NCBI GenBank assembly: GCA_963762145.1
Contig: CAVXJS010000011.1
Span: 768,001-832,000, forward strand
Direction of reading: 5' to 3'
DNA: 64,000 nucleotides
Source of the DNA: an uncultured Candidatus Rokubacteria bacterium
GTDB lineage: Bacteria > Methylomirabilota > Methylomirabilia > Rokubacteriales > CSP1-6
The position numbers and the translations under genes are program-made. Below, in pieces: positions 10,824 to 23,756 of the stretch (within the stretch, counting starts at the first letter, position 1; the number at the start of each line of letters is the position of its first letter). The notes beneath the pieces are model-generated. The model did not search any database. It was not told the DNA's origin and saw only the letters and a program-made list of their open reading frames with translations.

Positions 10824-11717
10824 ATGAACCTCGAGACGCTCAAGCTCTACTGTGACGTGGTCCGTCTCCGCAGCTTCTCGCGCGGGGCGGCCAGCAACTC
10901 GGTCTCGCAGTCCGCCGCGAGCCAGGCCATCCAGCAGCTCGAGGCCGAGCTCGACGCGGCGCTCCTCGACCGCTCCCGGCGCCCGCTGCTGCCCACCGAG
11001 CAGGGCCAGGCCTTCTACGATGCCTGCCGCGCCCTGCTGCAGGGCTTCGAGAAGGCGCGCGCGGACCTCGCGGCCGCGCGCGAGCGCGTGGAAGGCACGG
11101 TGCGGGTCGCCGCGATCTACTCGGTCGGCCTCCACGACATGAGCCGCCACATGCAACCGTTCATGTCGGACTACCCGCAGGCGCGGGTGCTCCTCGAGTG
11201 CCTGCATCCCCACAAGGTGGTGGAGGCCGTGCTCAACGACGAGGCGGATCTCGGCATCCTGTCCTATCCCGCCGCCACGCGCGCGCTGACCGTGCTGCCC
11301 CTGCGCGACGAGCCCATGGTGCTGGTCGCGCATCCGGCGCACCGCCTGGCCCGCCGCCGCTCGGTGACCCCGGGCGATCTGCAGGGCGAGAAGTTCGTGG
11401 CCTTCGATCGCGACCTGGCGGTTCGCAAGGCGATCGATCGGGCGCTGAAGCAGCACGACGTCAAGGTGACGGTGGTCATGGAGTTCGACAACGTCGAGAC
11501 GATCAAGCAGGCGATCGGGATCAACGCGGGCGTCAGCATCCTGCCGCGCCCCACCGTCCTCAACGAGTCGGGGATGCGCACCCTGGCGGTCACCCCGCTC
11601 GCGCTGCCCGGTCTGGTGCGGCCGGTCGGGATCATCCACCGCCGCGGCCGGCGGCTCACGCCGGTGGTCGCCCGCTTCATCGCGCAGCTCCAGAAGCCGC
11701 TCGACCCGGCCTCGTGA
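10824..11717 (+). CDS. LysR family regulator, GltC-like position divergent from gltBD
   Basis: MNLETLKLY...SFSRGA..SVSQSAASQAIQQLE HTH and LysR substrate-binding domain. Confidence 0.92.
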   Translation: MNLETLKLYCDVVRLRSFSRGAASNSVSQSAASQAIQQLEAELDAALLDRSRRPLLPTEQGQAFYDACRALLQGFEKARADLAAARERVEGTVRVAAIYSVGLHDMSRHMQPFMSDYPQARVLLECLHPHKVVEAVLNDEADLGILSYPAATRALTVLPLRDEPMVLVAHPAHRLARRRSVTPGDLQGEKFVAFDRDLAVRKAIDRALKQHDVKVTVVMEFDNVETIKQAIGINAGVSILPRPTVLNESGMRTLAVTPLALPGLVRPVGIIHRRGRRLTPVVARFIAQLQKPLDPAS

Positions 11718-11745
11718 TAACGTATTCCCGGAAAGGAGCCGTCGC

Positions 11746-12876
11746 ATGAGCGATGCCCCCGCGTCTCTGATCATCGCGGCCAGCGAGGCCGACTCGAACC
11801 TGTACTACGCGTGCCGCTTCCTGGCGCCGGATTCCTTCGTGTTCCTCCAGGTGAACGGGCGGAAGGTGCTGCTCATGTCCGACCTCGAGGTGGACCGGGC
11901 TCGATCCCAGGCGAAGGTGGACGAGGTGCTGTCGCTCGCCGAATGGGATGCGAAGGCGCGGCAGCGCTGGCCTACGCCCAAGCTCACCGACATCGTGAGC
12001 CTGCTGCTCGAGGACTACGGGGTGAAGGCGGTCGAGGTCCCCGGCGACTTTCCGCTCGAGCTGGCCGATCGGCTGCGCGAGCGCGGGATCACGGTGACGC
12101 CGCGGCCCAGCCCCTTCCTGCCCGAGCGGGTGGTGAAGACCCCCGAGGAAGTGGCCGCGATCGAGGAGGCCCAGCGGCACACCGAGACCGCCCTGGACGC
12201 GGCGCTCCAGGTGCTGCGCGAGAGCGTCATCAAGGGCGACGAGGTGCTCTACCGGGGGCGGCCACTCACGTCGGAGGATCTCAAGAAGACGGTCAACGTC
12301 TCCCTCATGGAGAACGACTGTATCGCGGAGCACACCATCATCGCCTGCGGTGACCAGGGCGTGGACCCGCACAACCAGGGGACCGGCGCCATCCGGCCCA
12401 ACCAGGGGATCATCTTCGACATCTTTCCCCGCTCCTCCCGGTCGCGCTACTACGCGGACATGACCCGGACGGTCGTCAAGGGCAAGGCGTCGGACGAGCT
12501 GCGTCGCCTCTACGACGCGGTGCTGGCCAGCCAGATGCGGGGGATCGAGCTGATCCGCGACGGGGCCTCCGGCGGCGCCATCCACGCCGAGGTGAACCGG
12601 ACGCTGGAGAGCCGGGGGTACATGACCGGGGTGGTCAACGGCCGGAACCAGGGCTTCTTCCACGGAACGGGCCACGGCGTGGGCCTGGACATCCACGAGC
12701 TGCCGCGGATCAGCCGGCTGGACTGCGAGCTCAAGACCGGGCACGTCGTCACGGTGGAGCCCGGCCTGTACTATCCCGGGAAGGGGGCCGTCCGCATCGA
12801 GGACATGGTCCTGGTCGAGCCCGGAGGCTGCCGGAACCTGACCCGGTCCCCCAAGATGGAGCTGCTCGAGCTCTGA
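11746..12876 (+). CDS. Xaa-Pro peptidase (M24 family)
   Basis: YYADMTRT, HGTGHGVGLDIHE, TVEPGLY, RIED. Confidence 0.92.
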   Translation: MSDAPASLIIAASEADSNLYYACRFLAPDSFVFLQVNGRKVLLMSDLEVDRARSQAKVDEVLSLAEWDAKARQRWPTPKLTDIVSLLLEDYGVKAVEVPGDFPLELADRLRERGITVTPRPSPFLPERVVKTPEEVAAIEEAQRHTETALDAALQVLRESVIKGDEVLYRGRPLTSEDLKKTVNVSLMENDCIAEHTIIACGDQGVDPHNQGTGAIRPNQGIIFDIFPRSSRSRYYADMTRTVVKGKASDELRRLYDAVLASQMRGIELIRDGASGGAIHAEVNRTLESRGYMTGVVNGRNQGFFHGTGHGVGLDIHELPRISRLDCELKTGHVVTVEPGLYYPGKGAVRIEDMVLVEPGGCRNLTRSPKMELLEL

Positions 12877-12877
12877 G

Positions 12878-12903
12878 GCCTCCGGAAGAGGTCTCCCGGA
12901 GGC
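12878..12903. terminator. Stem-loop after the M24 peptidase gene
   Basis: GCCTCCGG...CCGGAGGC inverted repeat; no U-tract. Confidence 0.4.
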
Positions 12904-12933
12904 ACTGGTCTGGCGGTCCGACCGAAGTCAACC

Positions 12934-12962
12934 TTGCTTCTATTCAGACGTTTGGGTAGCAT
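12934..12962 (+). promoter_or_regulatory. Sigma70-like promoter for korAB
   Basis: TTGCTT-N17-TAGCAT in an AT-richer intergenic region. Confidence 0.5.
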
Positions 12963-13081
12963 GACCTAGGAGTGTCACGCGTCTGATCGTTGTTCCCAAG
13001 ACTCTGAGGGTGACGGGAGCCACTCCGCCTGGAATCTGCCGTTGACGGGGGCCCGCCCCCGGACGGAAAGGATATGGACCG

Positions 13082-14949
<1,868 letters not shown>

Positions 14950-14953
<4 letters not shown>

Positions 14954-15981
14954 GTTCCGTCACGGGAGTGCCCGGCGCGACCCCGAAGTACACGAAGAAG
15001 GATTTCGAGTCCGACCAGGACGTGCGGTGGTGCCCCGGCTGCGGGGACTACGCGATCCTGAGCGCGGTGCAGAAGATGATGCCCGACCTCGGCATCCCCA
15101 AGGAAGACATCGTGTTCATCTCCGGGATCGGCTGCTCCAGCCGGTTCCCGTACTACATGAACACGTACGGCTTCCACACCATCCACGGCCGGGCCCCCGC
15201 GGTCGCCACCGGGCTCAAGCTGGCGCGGCCGGAGCTGAAGATCTTCGTCGTGACGGGTGACGGCGACGGGCTCAGCATCGGCGGCAACCACCTGCTGCAC
15301 GTCCTGCGGCGCAACGTGGACCTCACGATTCTGCTCTTCAACAACCGGATCTACGGGCTCACCAAGGGCCAGTACTCGCCGACCAGCGAGCTGGGCAAGG
15401 TGACCAAGTCGACCCCCATCGGCTCCGCGGATCGCCCGCTGAGCCCCTGCGCGTTCGCGCTCGCCGCGGGCGCCACCTTCGTGGCCCGCACGGTGGACCG
15501 CAACATCGCCCACATGGAGGAGACCCTCAAGCGGGCCTCCGCCCACAAGGGCGCGGCCTTCGTCGAGATCCTCCAGAACTGCAACGTGTACAACGACATG
15601 GCCTGGGGCGTGCTCTACGACCGCGAGTCGAAGGCGCTCCACGAGCTTCGCCTGCAGCACGGCAAGCCGCTGGTCTGGGGGCCGGTCGACGATCGTCGCG
15701 GCCTCGTGCTGGAAGGGGTCAAGCCGAAGGTGGTGAACGTCAAGGACGTCCCGGAGAGCTCGCTGTGGGTGCACGACGAGACCGACGGCGGCACCGCGCT
15801 GGTGCTGGCGCAGCTCTGGGCCCCCGACTATCCGATCCCGGTCGGCGTGCTCGCCAGCCGGCCGGGCGACACGACCTACGAGGAGATCCTGATCCAGCAG
15901 GAGCAGAAGGCGATCTCCGACCGGGGCCCGGGCGACATCGCCAAGCTCCTCATGTCGGGCGACACCTGGAAGATCGGCTGA
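14950..15981 (+). CDS. korB: 2-oxoacid:ferredoxin oxidoreductase beta subunit
   Basis: WCPGCGD, SGIGCSSR, GDGDGLSIGGNH TPP-binding motif; GTG start overlaps the alpha stop. Confidence 0.92.
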
Positions 15982-16086
15982 TCCCAGGCCGCCCCCAGGG
16001 CCTCCAGCGAGGCCTCCTGACCCATCGCAGATCGCCGGCCCTCCTCCGGGGGGCCGGTGGTATTTTGTCAGCCTGAGACGCCCCCC

Positions 16087-17532
16087 ATGGCCCTGACTCC
16101 CCAGACTCTCCGCGCGCTCGAGGACATCGTCGGCCCCGCCGCGCTCGTCGTCTCGGTGGAGGGCCGGCTCACCTACGAGTGCGACATGCACACGTTCTAC
16201 AAGGGTGCTCCCGACGCGGTGGTGCTGCCGGAGTCGGCGGCGCAGGTGGCGGCCATCGTCCGCCTCTGCCGGCGCGAGCACGTGCCGATCGTGCCGCGCG
16301 GCTCGGGCACCGGTCTCATCGGCGGCGCGATGGCGCCCGAGGGCGGGGTCATGGTGTCCATGACCCGCATGAACCGGATCGTGGAGCTGGATTTCGCGAA
16401 CCGCTGCGCCACCGTGGAGCCCGGGCTCATCAACCTGTGGCTGAGCCAGGCCACGCGGGAGCGCGGCTACTTCTTCGCCCCGGATCCGTCCAGCCAGATG
16501 GTGTCCTCCATCGGCGGCAACGCGTCGACCAATGCGGGCGGACCGCACTGCCTGAAGTACGGCATCACCGTGAACCACGTGCTCGGGCTCGAGGTGGTCA
16601 CCGGCGCCGGCGAGCTCGTCCGGCTCGGCGGCAAGACCCACGAGCGGCCGGGCTACGACCTCACCGGGGTGATGGTGGGCGCCGAGGGCACGCTGGGTCT
16701 GGTGACCGGCGTGATCGTGCGCCTCACCCACCTGCCGGAAGGGGTGAAGACCATCCTCGCGTCGTTCCCGACCATCGAGGACGCCTCCGAGGCGGTGTCG
16801 GGGATCATCCGGGCCGGGATCATCCCGGCCGCGCTCGAGATGCTCGACGAGGTCGTCATCCGCGCGATCGAGGAAGGCGTGGGCGCCGGGTACCCCAAGG
16901 GCGCGGGCGCGGTGCTGCTGATCGAGCTCGATGGCCCCACCGCGGAGATCGAGGCCCAGTCCGGCCCGATCGAGCGGATCTGCCGCGATCACCTGGCGCT
17001 CGAGATCCGGGTGGCCCAGAGCGAGGCGGAGCGGGCGCTGCTGTGGAAGGGGCGCAAGGAGGCGGCGGGGGTCTTCGGGCGGCTCACGCCGAACTGGCTG
17101 CTCCAGGACGCGGTGGTACCGCGGTCCAAGCTGCCCGAGATCATGAAGGAGGTGGTGGCGATCGGAGCGCGCTACCGCCTCGTCATCGCCAACGTGTTCC
17201 ACGCCGGCGACGGCAACCTCCACCCGTTGATCTGCTACGACGACCGTGTCCCGGGCGAGCTCGAGCGGGCCAAGCAGGCGAACGAGGAGCTGCTGGGGGC
17301 CTGCCTCCGGCTGGGCGGCAGCGTGACCGGCGAGCACGGGGTGGGCCTCGACAAGCGCGCGAGCCTGCCGATGCAGTTCGCGGACGCGGATCTCAACTTC
17401 ATGGCCCGGCTGCGGCGGGTGTTCGATCCCGACTCGATCATGAACCCCGGCAAGCTGCTGCCCTCGCACCCGGCCTGCGGCGAGGGGTTCCGGCCCGCCG
17501 CGCGCCCGCTGCCCGCGGGCACCTGGATCTGA
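16087..17532 (+). CDS. glcD: Glycolate/D-lactate oxidase FAD subunit
   Basis: PRGSGTGL, PDPSSQ, HAGDGNLHP, GEHGVG. Confidence 0.88.
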   Translation: MALTPQTLRALEDIVGPAALVVSVEGRLTYECDMHTFYKGAPDAVVLPESAAQVAAIVRLCRREHVPIVPRGSGTGLIGGAMAPEGGVMVSMTRMNRIVELDFANRCATVEPGLINLWLSQATRERGYFFAPDPSSQMVSSIGGNASTNAGGPHCLKYGITVNHVLGLEVVTGAGELVRLGGKTHERPGYDLTGVMVGAEGTLGLVTGVIVRLTHLPEGVKTILASFPTIEDASEAVSGIIRAGIIPAALEMLDEVVIRAIEEGVGAGYPKGAGAVLLIELDGPTAEIEAQSGPIERICRDHLALEIRVAQSEAERALLWKGRKEAAGVFGRLTPNWLLQDAVVPRSKLPEIMKEVVAIGARYRLVIANVFHAGDGNLHPLICYDDRVPGELERAKQANEELLGACLRLGGSVTGEHGVGLDKRASLPMQFADADLNFMARLRRVFDPDSIMNPGKLLPSHPACGEGFRPAARPLPAGTWI

Positions 17533-17534
17533 GC

Positions 17535-18845
17535 GTGGCTGTCTCCGCGGTGGCGGTTCACGAGGCGCTGGCCGACATCGCCGGGCGCGAGCACTGCGTG
17601 CGCGACGCGGCGGGCCTGGCCCGCTATGCCGTCGACGGGCTGACGCCCTCGCTGGTGGTGCGCCCCGGGAGCGTGGACGAGGTGAGCCGCGTGGTCGCGC
17701 TCTGCGCGGCGGAGCGTCTGGCGATGGCGCCGCGCGGGGCCGGCACGAGCATGGGCCTCGGCAATCCGCCCCGCCGGCTCGACGTGGTGCTGGAGCTCTC
17801 CCGGATGCGCGCGGTCCGCGAATACGTGGCGGAGGACATGGTGGCGACGGTGGAGGCGGGCGCGACGCTCGATCAGCTCGCAGCCCACTTCGGCCCGCAC
17901 CGCCAGGCGCTGACGCTCGATCCTCCCGGCGGCGGCGCGCGCAGCGTGGGCGGCGTGCTGGCCACCCACGCCAGCGGGCCGCTCCGGTTCCGGTACGGCA
18001 CCGGCCGCGATCTCCTCCTGGGCGCGCGCTTCGTGCAGGCCGACGGCACGGTCACCTGGGGCGGCTCCAAGGTGGTCAAGTCGGTGACGGGCTATGACGT
18101 GCCGAAGCTCCTGGTCGGCTCCCTCGGCACCCTCGGCGTGCTCGTGGAGGCGACGCTGCGACTGCACCCGATGCCTCCCGCCTCGCGCTCGTGGCGGCTC
18201 GGCTTTCCCTCGGGCGCGGCGGCCGAGGGATTCCTGGCCGCGCTGCTCGACTCGCCGCTCCAGCCCGATCGCGCGGCCCTGCTCGACGCCGCCGGCTTGC
18301 GCCGGGTCGGGCTGGCGGTCGACGCGATCGGTCTGCTGCTCTCGATCAGCAGCGCGGCCGAGGCGGTGGCCCACCAGGGCGAGGCCCTGGTGCAGCTCGC
18401 CGCGACGCACGGTGGCCGGAGCGAGGAGACCGCCGAGACGGCCTGGGCCGGACTCGGCCGGGCCGTCGACGGCTCCCTGGTACTGCGTGCGGTGGGCGAG
18501 CCGCGTCGACTCCTCGACCGGGTAGGGGAGGCGCATGCGGCCGCGGCCCGGGCCGGCGTCGAGGTCATGGTCCTCGCGCAGCCGGGACACGGCGTGCTGC
18601 AGCTCTCGGTTCCGGGCCGGGTCGACGTTGGTCGCGTTCTGAGCGAGCTGGTGCAGCCGCTCCGGCACGCCCTCGAGGCGGACGGCGGCAGTCTGACCGT
18701 CGAGCGCGGGCCGATTGAGCTTAAGGCTCGATGTGATGTGTGGGGTGCTATACAGCCGGAAATATTGTCGATCATGGCCAGGATCAAGGCGGAGTTCGAT
18801 CCGGCGGGCCTGCTGAACCCCGGCCGCTTCGTGGGCGGCCTGTGA
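17535..18845 (+). CDS. glcE: Glycolate oxidase FAD-binding subunit
   Basis: GGSKVVKSVTGYDVPKL and terminal FDPAGLLNPGR. Confidence 0.85.
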   Translation: MAVSAVAVHEALADIAGREHCVRDAAGLARYAVDGLTPSLVVRPGSVDEVSRVVALCAAERLAMAPRGAGTSMGLGNPPRRLDVVLELSRMRAVREYVAEDMVATVEAGATLDQLAAHFGPHRQALTLDPPGGGARSVGGVLATHASGPLRFRYGTGRDLLLGARFVQADGTVTWGGSKVVKSVTGYDVPKLLVGSLGTLGVLVEATLRLHPMPPASRSWRLGFPSGAAAEGFLAALLDSPLQPDRAALLDAAGLRRVGLAVDAIGLLLSISSAAEAVAHQGEALVQLAATHGGRSEETAETAWAGLGRAVDGSLVLRAVGEPRRLLDRVGEAHAAAARAGVEVMVLAQPGHGVLQLSVPGRVDVGRVLSELVQPLRHALEADGGSLTVERGPIELKARCDVWGAIQPEILSIMARIKAEFDPAGLLNPGRFVGGL

Positions 18846-20128
18846 GCGCGGTGCATCCCGTCGGCGCCGCGCTCGGCGCGTTCGACGCCCAGGACCCGCC
18901 CTCCATGGATGGCCTGCGCGCCTGCGTGCACTGTGGGATCTGCCTGCCGCAGTGCCCGACGTACCGCGTCCTCGGCGAGGAGATGGACTCCCCGAGAGGG
19001 CGCGTCTATCTCATGCGCGCGGCGGCCGAGGACCGGATCGGGCTCACCCCCACCATGGCGCGCCACCTGGATCTCTGCCTCGGCTGTCGCGCCTGCGAGA
19101 CGGCCTGTCCCTCCGGGGTCCCGTTCGGGCAGCTCCTCGAGGCCACCCGGAGTCAGTTCGAGCGCCGCGGGGTCACCGCTCCCACGCGCGACGGCACCAC
19201 CCTGCGCTTCATCCTCGGGACCTTTCCGCATCCCCGGCGGCTCGGCCCCATGCTGCACGTGCTCCGCTTGTATCAGCGGACGGGCCTGCAGGCGCTGGTG
19301 CGCGGGCTCGGCCTGCTCGGGCCGTTCCGGAAGCTGCGGGCGATGGAGGCGCTGCTGCCGCGCGTGCCGTCGCCGGGCGCGCGCTTGCCGGAGCTGATCC
19401 CGGCGCGCGGGGTCCGCCGCGGCCGAGCCGGCCTGCTGCTCGGCTGCGCGCAGCGCTTCCTCTATCCCGACGTCAACGCGGATACCGCGCGGCTCCTCAC
19501 CGCGGCGGGCTACGACGTGGTGGTGCCGCGGGCGCAGGAATGCTGCGGGGCGCTGCACCTGCACGCGGGACGCCTCGACGAGTTCCGCGCGATGGCGCGA
19601 CCGCTGATGGCCGCCTTCGCCGACGTGGACGTCCTCGTGGTGAACGCGGCGGGCTGCGGCTCGGCGCTCAAGGAGTACGGCCACTGGCTGCCGGAGGAGG
19701 CGGCCCGGCTCTTCTCCGAGCGCGTGCGGGACGTATCCGAGGTGCTGGCCGATGCCGAGCTGCCGCTGCGCGCGCTGCCGGCGCAGACGGTCGCCTATCA
19801 CGACGCCTGCCACCTGGCGCACGGCCAGAAGGTCCGCGCGCAGCCTCGCGAGCTGTTGCGCCGCATCCCCGGCCTCGTCCTCGTGGACCTGGCGGACTCC
19901 GAGCTCTGCTGCGGGAGCGCGGGGGTCTACAATCTGCTCGAGCCCGAGATGGCGGGCGAGCTCGGCCGCCGCAAGGCCGCGCGCATCCGCGAGAGCGGCG
20001 CCCGGGTGGTCACCGCGGGCAACCCCGGCTGCCTGATGCAGATTCACCAGCACTGCCGCGAGGCGGGGCTGGACGTCGAGGTCGCGCACCCGGTGACACT
20101 CCTGGCCCGGGCGCTGGAGGAGCGATGA
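18842..20128 (+). CDS. glcF: Glycolate oxidase Fe-S subunit
   Basis: CVHCGICLPQCP, CLGCRACETACP and two CCG domains. Confidence 0.88.
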   Translation: MSAVHPVGAALGAFDAQDPPSMDGLRACVHCGICLPQCPTYRVLGEEMDSPRGRVYLMRAAAEDRIGLTPTMARHLDLCLGCRACETACPSGVPFGQLLEATRSQFERRGVTAPTRDGTTLRFILGTFPHPRRLGPMLHVLRLYQRTGLQALVRGLGLLGPFRKLRAMEALLPRVPSPGARLPELIPARGVRRGRAGLLLGCAQRFLYPDVNADTARLLTAAGYDVVVPRAQECCGALHLHAGRLDEFRAMARPLMAAFADVDVLVVNAAGCGSALKEYGHWLPEEAARLFSERVRDVSEVLADAELPLRALPAQTVAYHDACHLAHGQKVRAQPRELLRRIPGLVLVDLADSELCCGSAGVYNLLEPEMAGELGRRKAARIRESGARVVTAGNPGCLMQIHQHCREAGLDVEVAHPVTLLARALEER

Positions 20129-20454
20129 AGATTCGCGTGCGGGATCACGTGAAGGTCGCGGCGGACCGGATGGCCAAGATCGGCCTGTCCACCACCGCGC
20201 GCACCCAGCTCGACCTCTACTGCGTGGCGCCGGGCCAGTCGCAGACGCCCCACCGGCACGACGGCGAGGACAAGATCTACTACGTGCTCGAGGGATCCGG
20301 CCGCTTCTCGGTCGGCGGCGTCGAGGAGCGGCTCGCGGCCGGCGAGGCGGTGGTCGCCGCCGCGGGCGAGGAGCACGGTCTCGTCAACGACTCCGCCGAT
20401 CTGCTCCTGGTGCTGGTGGTGGTCGCGCCGCCGCCGCCGCACATGAAGCGGTAG
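20125..20454 (+). CDS. Cupin domain protein
   Basis: PHRHDGEDKIYYVLEG...GEEHG cupin motifs. Confidence 0.85.
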   Translation: MKIRVRDHVKVAADRMAKIGLSTTARTQLDLYCVAPGQSQTPHRHDGEDKIYYVLEGSGRFSVGGVEERLAAGEAVVAAAGEEHGLVNDSADLLLVLVVVAPPPPHMKR

Positions 20455-20461
20455 CCGGTCC

Positions 20462-21203
20462 ATGGCCGCCCCTGTCCGCGCGTCGCTGATGATCACCTGC
20501 CTGGGGGACGTCCTGTTTCCCGAGGTCGGCGTCGCGATGGTGCGGCTGCTCCGGCGGCTCGGGGTGCAGGTGGAGTTTCCCGAGGGCCAGACCTGCTGCG
20601 GGATGCCGCTCTTCAACTCGGGCTATCACCACGACGCGGCCCTGGTGGCCGCGCGCACCGTGAAGCTCTTCGAGGGGGCGGAGCACGTGGTGGTGCCGTC
20701 CGGCTCCTGCGCCTGGATGGTCCGGACCGAGTACCCCGGCCTGCTGAAGCACGATCCCGGCCCTGCGCGCGGCGGCGGACTCGCTGGCCCGGCGCACGCG
20801 GGAGCTCTCGCAGTTCATCGTGGAAGTGCTCGGCGTCACCACGATCGAATCGCCCTTCAAGGGCAAGGTGACCTACCACGACTCCTGCCACCTGCTCCGC
20901 GGGCTCGGCGAATCGGCGTCGCCCCGCGCGCTGCTGCGCGGGGTGGCCGGCGTGGAGCTGGTCGAGCTTCCGGGAGCGGACGAGTGCTGCGGCTTCGGCG
21001 GCTCCTTCTCGGTGCGGCTGCCCGAGGTGTCGTCCTCCATTCTCGACAAGAAGCTGGCCAACGTGGAGTCCACCGGGGCGCGCTGCCTGGTGGCGTGCGA
21101 CGCGGGCTGCCTCATGCAGATGGGGGGCGGGCTGTCCCGGCGCGGCTCCGCGGTGCAGGCGGTGCACCTGGCCCAGGTGCTCGCGGGCGAGGTCGACGAG
21201 TGA
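20462..21203 (+). CDS. lutA: Lactate utilization protein A (CCG Fe-S), frameshift near 20760
   Basis: QTCCG, PSGSC, then YHDSCH and ECCGFGG in the shifted frame. Confidence 0.85.
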
Positions 21204-22605
21204 GCGACGCGCTCCTGCGGACGCCCTTTCCCGAGCGGGCCGGCGCGGCGCTCAAGGACACGTTCCTGCAGGAAGCGCTCAAGATCGCCACCACCAAGTT
21301 CATCGATCTCCGCAAGGAGTCGTTCGCGGGCTTCCCGCAGGGCGAGGCCCTGCGGGACCGGGCGCGCGCGATCAAGGAGGCCACCCTCCAGCACCTCGAC
21401 GTGCACCTGGAGCGGCTCGCGGACAACGTCGAGCGGCTCGGCGGGCACGTGCACTGGGCCACCACCGCCGAGGAGGCGCGCGAGATGGTCCTGCGCCTTT
21501 GCCGCGACCGGGGCGTGCGGATGGCGGTGAAGTCGAAGTCCATGGCCACCGAGGAGATCGACCTCAACGAGGCGCTCGAGCACGCCGGGGTCACGCCGGT
21601 CGAGACCGACCTGGGCGAGTACATCATCCAGCTCGCGCACGAGAAGCCGTCGCACATCATCGCCCCCGCCATCCACAAGACCAAGGGGCAGGTGGCGGAG
21701 CTCTTCTCGCGGGAGCTGAAGGGCCGATTCGAGGCGGATCCCGAGGTCCTCACCGCGGTGGCGCGGAAGGCGCTGCGCGAGAAGTTCCTCCAGGCCGACA
21801 TGGGGATCACCGGCGCCAACTTCGCGGTGGCCGACACCGGGACCGTGGTACTCGTCACCAACGAGGGCAATGGCCGGATGGTGACCTCGCTGCCCCGCAT
21901 CCACGTGGCCCTCATGGGCGTGGAGAAGGTGATCCCGTCCATGACCGACCTCGTGGTGTTCCTGGCGATCCTGGCCCGGAGCGCGACGGGACAGAAGCTG
22001 TCCTCCTACACGACGCTGGTGCGCGGGCCGCGGCGGGCGGGGGAGCTGGAGGGGCCGGAGGAGTTCCACCTGATCCTCCTGGACAACGGCCGCTCGCGGC
22101 AGATCGCCTCCACGCTGCGGGAGGCGCTCTACTGCCTCCGGTGCGGCGCCTGCCTGAACGTGTGTCCGGTCTATCGCCAGATCGGCGGGCACGCCTACGG
22201 CTACACGTATCCGGGGCCCATCGGGATCCTCCTCACCGCGATGCTCAAGGGCAACGAGTCCGTGCGCGAGCTGGCGCACGCCTCGTCCCTCTGCGGGGCG
22301 TGCAAGGACGTGTGCCCGGTGCGGATCGACATCCCGCGCATGCTGGTCGAGCTGCGCGAGCACCTCGACCGGGAGAAGATCGCCCCGTGGACCGAGCGGG
22401 TCGTGTTCAAGGCCTCCGGCGGCTGCTCCTGTCGCCGACCGCGTTCCGGCTCTCCGCCACCGTCGGGCGATGGGGCCAGCGGCCGTTCCTCCGGCATGGC
22501 CGGCTGCGCGGGCTGCCGCTGGTCTTCGGCAAGTGGACGGAGACCCGCGATCTCCCGCCGGTGGCGGCCCGGACTTTCGGGAGCGGTGGAAGGAGCCTGC
22601 GATGA
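21200..22605 (+). CDS. lutB: Lactate utilization protein B (Fe-S), frameshifts near the C-terminus
   Basis: KSKSMATEE, ETDLGEYIIQL, PSHIIAPAIH, CLRCGACLNVCP, SSLCGACKDVCP. Confidence 0.9.
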
Positions 22606-23339
22606 CCGCGCGCGCCGAGTTCATCGAGCGCGATCCGCCGCGAGGTCTCGAAGACCCCGGGCCTCTTCGGCGCGTCCACCGCGCCGCGCCCCGCCGATCC
22701 CGGCGACCGCCGCGGAGACGGTGCGCCGCGAGCTGGCCGAGCGCTGGCCGGAGGCGCTCGAGCGGTTTCGCGTGGAGTTCGAGCGCGTCGCGGGGGTGTT
22801 CCATCGCGTCCCGGACCTCGAGGCGGTGCCCGCCGTGATCGGCGCCATCGCCCGCGGATGCGGGCGCGAGGAGCCTGGTCACGTGGGATCCCGTCGCGCT
22901 CGGCTTCGACGCCGGCGCCCGATCCTGACCCGCGAGGGCCTCGAGGTCGTGCGCGGCGCGCGCGGGCGAGGAGGACGAGGCGTCCCGTCTCCGCCACCGC
23001 GAGCAGGCCGCCCGCGCCCAGGTCGGGGTCACCGGGGCCGACTTCGTCCTCGGCGAGACCGGGACGCTCATCCTGCTGTCCGGCTCGGGCCGGCCCCGCT
23101 CGACCTCGCTGCTGCCCGACGTGCACGTGGCGGTGTTCGGCCGCGACCGGCTCCTCGAGACCCTGGAGCAGGTGGGCATCATGCTCGAGGCGCTCCACGT
23201 GGATCCCGATCACGCCATGTCGGGCGCGATGATCAACTTCATCACCGGGCCCTCGCGGACCGCGGACATCGAGCTGACCTTGACGCGCGGCGTGCACGGG
23301 CCCAAGGAAGTGCACGCGATCTTCGTGGAGGCCCCGTGA
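22602..23339 (+). CDS. lutC: Lactate utilization protein C (LUD domain), several frameshifts
   Basis: ETGTL..SG..RPRSTSLLP and ITGPSRTADIELTLTRGVHGP. Confidence 0.85.
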
Positions 23340-23756
23340 GCGAGCCGAAGCTCTTCACCCCGGACGAGGTCAATCGCCTGATCCCCCGGCTGACCGAGCT
23401 GATGGAGACCGCCATCGACCGCCACGGCCAGGCGCTGGCGCTGCAGGAGCGCCTCCGCGACGAACGCGCGCGGGTGTCGGCCTCCGGCGGCGAGCGGCGC
23501 GACGCGTTGGACTGGAAGGCGCGTGCGGAGCGCCTCGACGGCCTCGGCATCGAGGTGCGGCAGCTCTTGCAGGACGTCGCAGGCCATGGGGGGCGTGGTG
23601 AAGGATCTCGAGACGGGTCTGGTGGACTTCCCGGGCCGCGGGCCCGCGGGGCCGGGCGGGCCGATCGTGAATCTCTGCTGGAAGCTCGGGGAGGACGCGG
23701 TGCGATTCTGGCACGGGATGGACGAGGGCTTCGCCAACCGAAAGCCGCTGCCGTGA
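23336..23756 (+). CDS. DUF2203 family protein, frameshift near 23578
   Basis: FTPDEVNRLIP at the start; KDLETGLVDFP...LCWKLGE...WH...GFANRKPL. Confidence 0.75.

Noticed and set aside
6073-10843. 1500-aa ORFs overlapping gltB, and similar long antisense or alternate-frame ORFs throughout
   Set aside because: Shadow ORFs caused by high GC3; Arg/Gly/Pro-rich with no motifs
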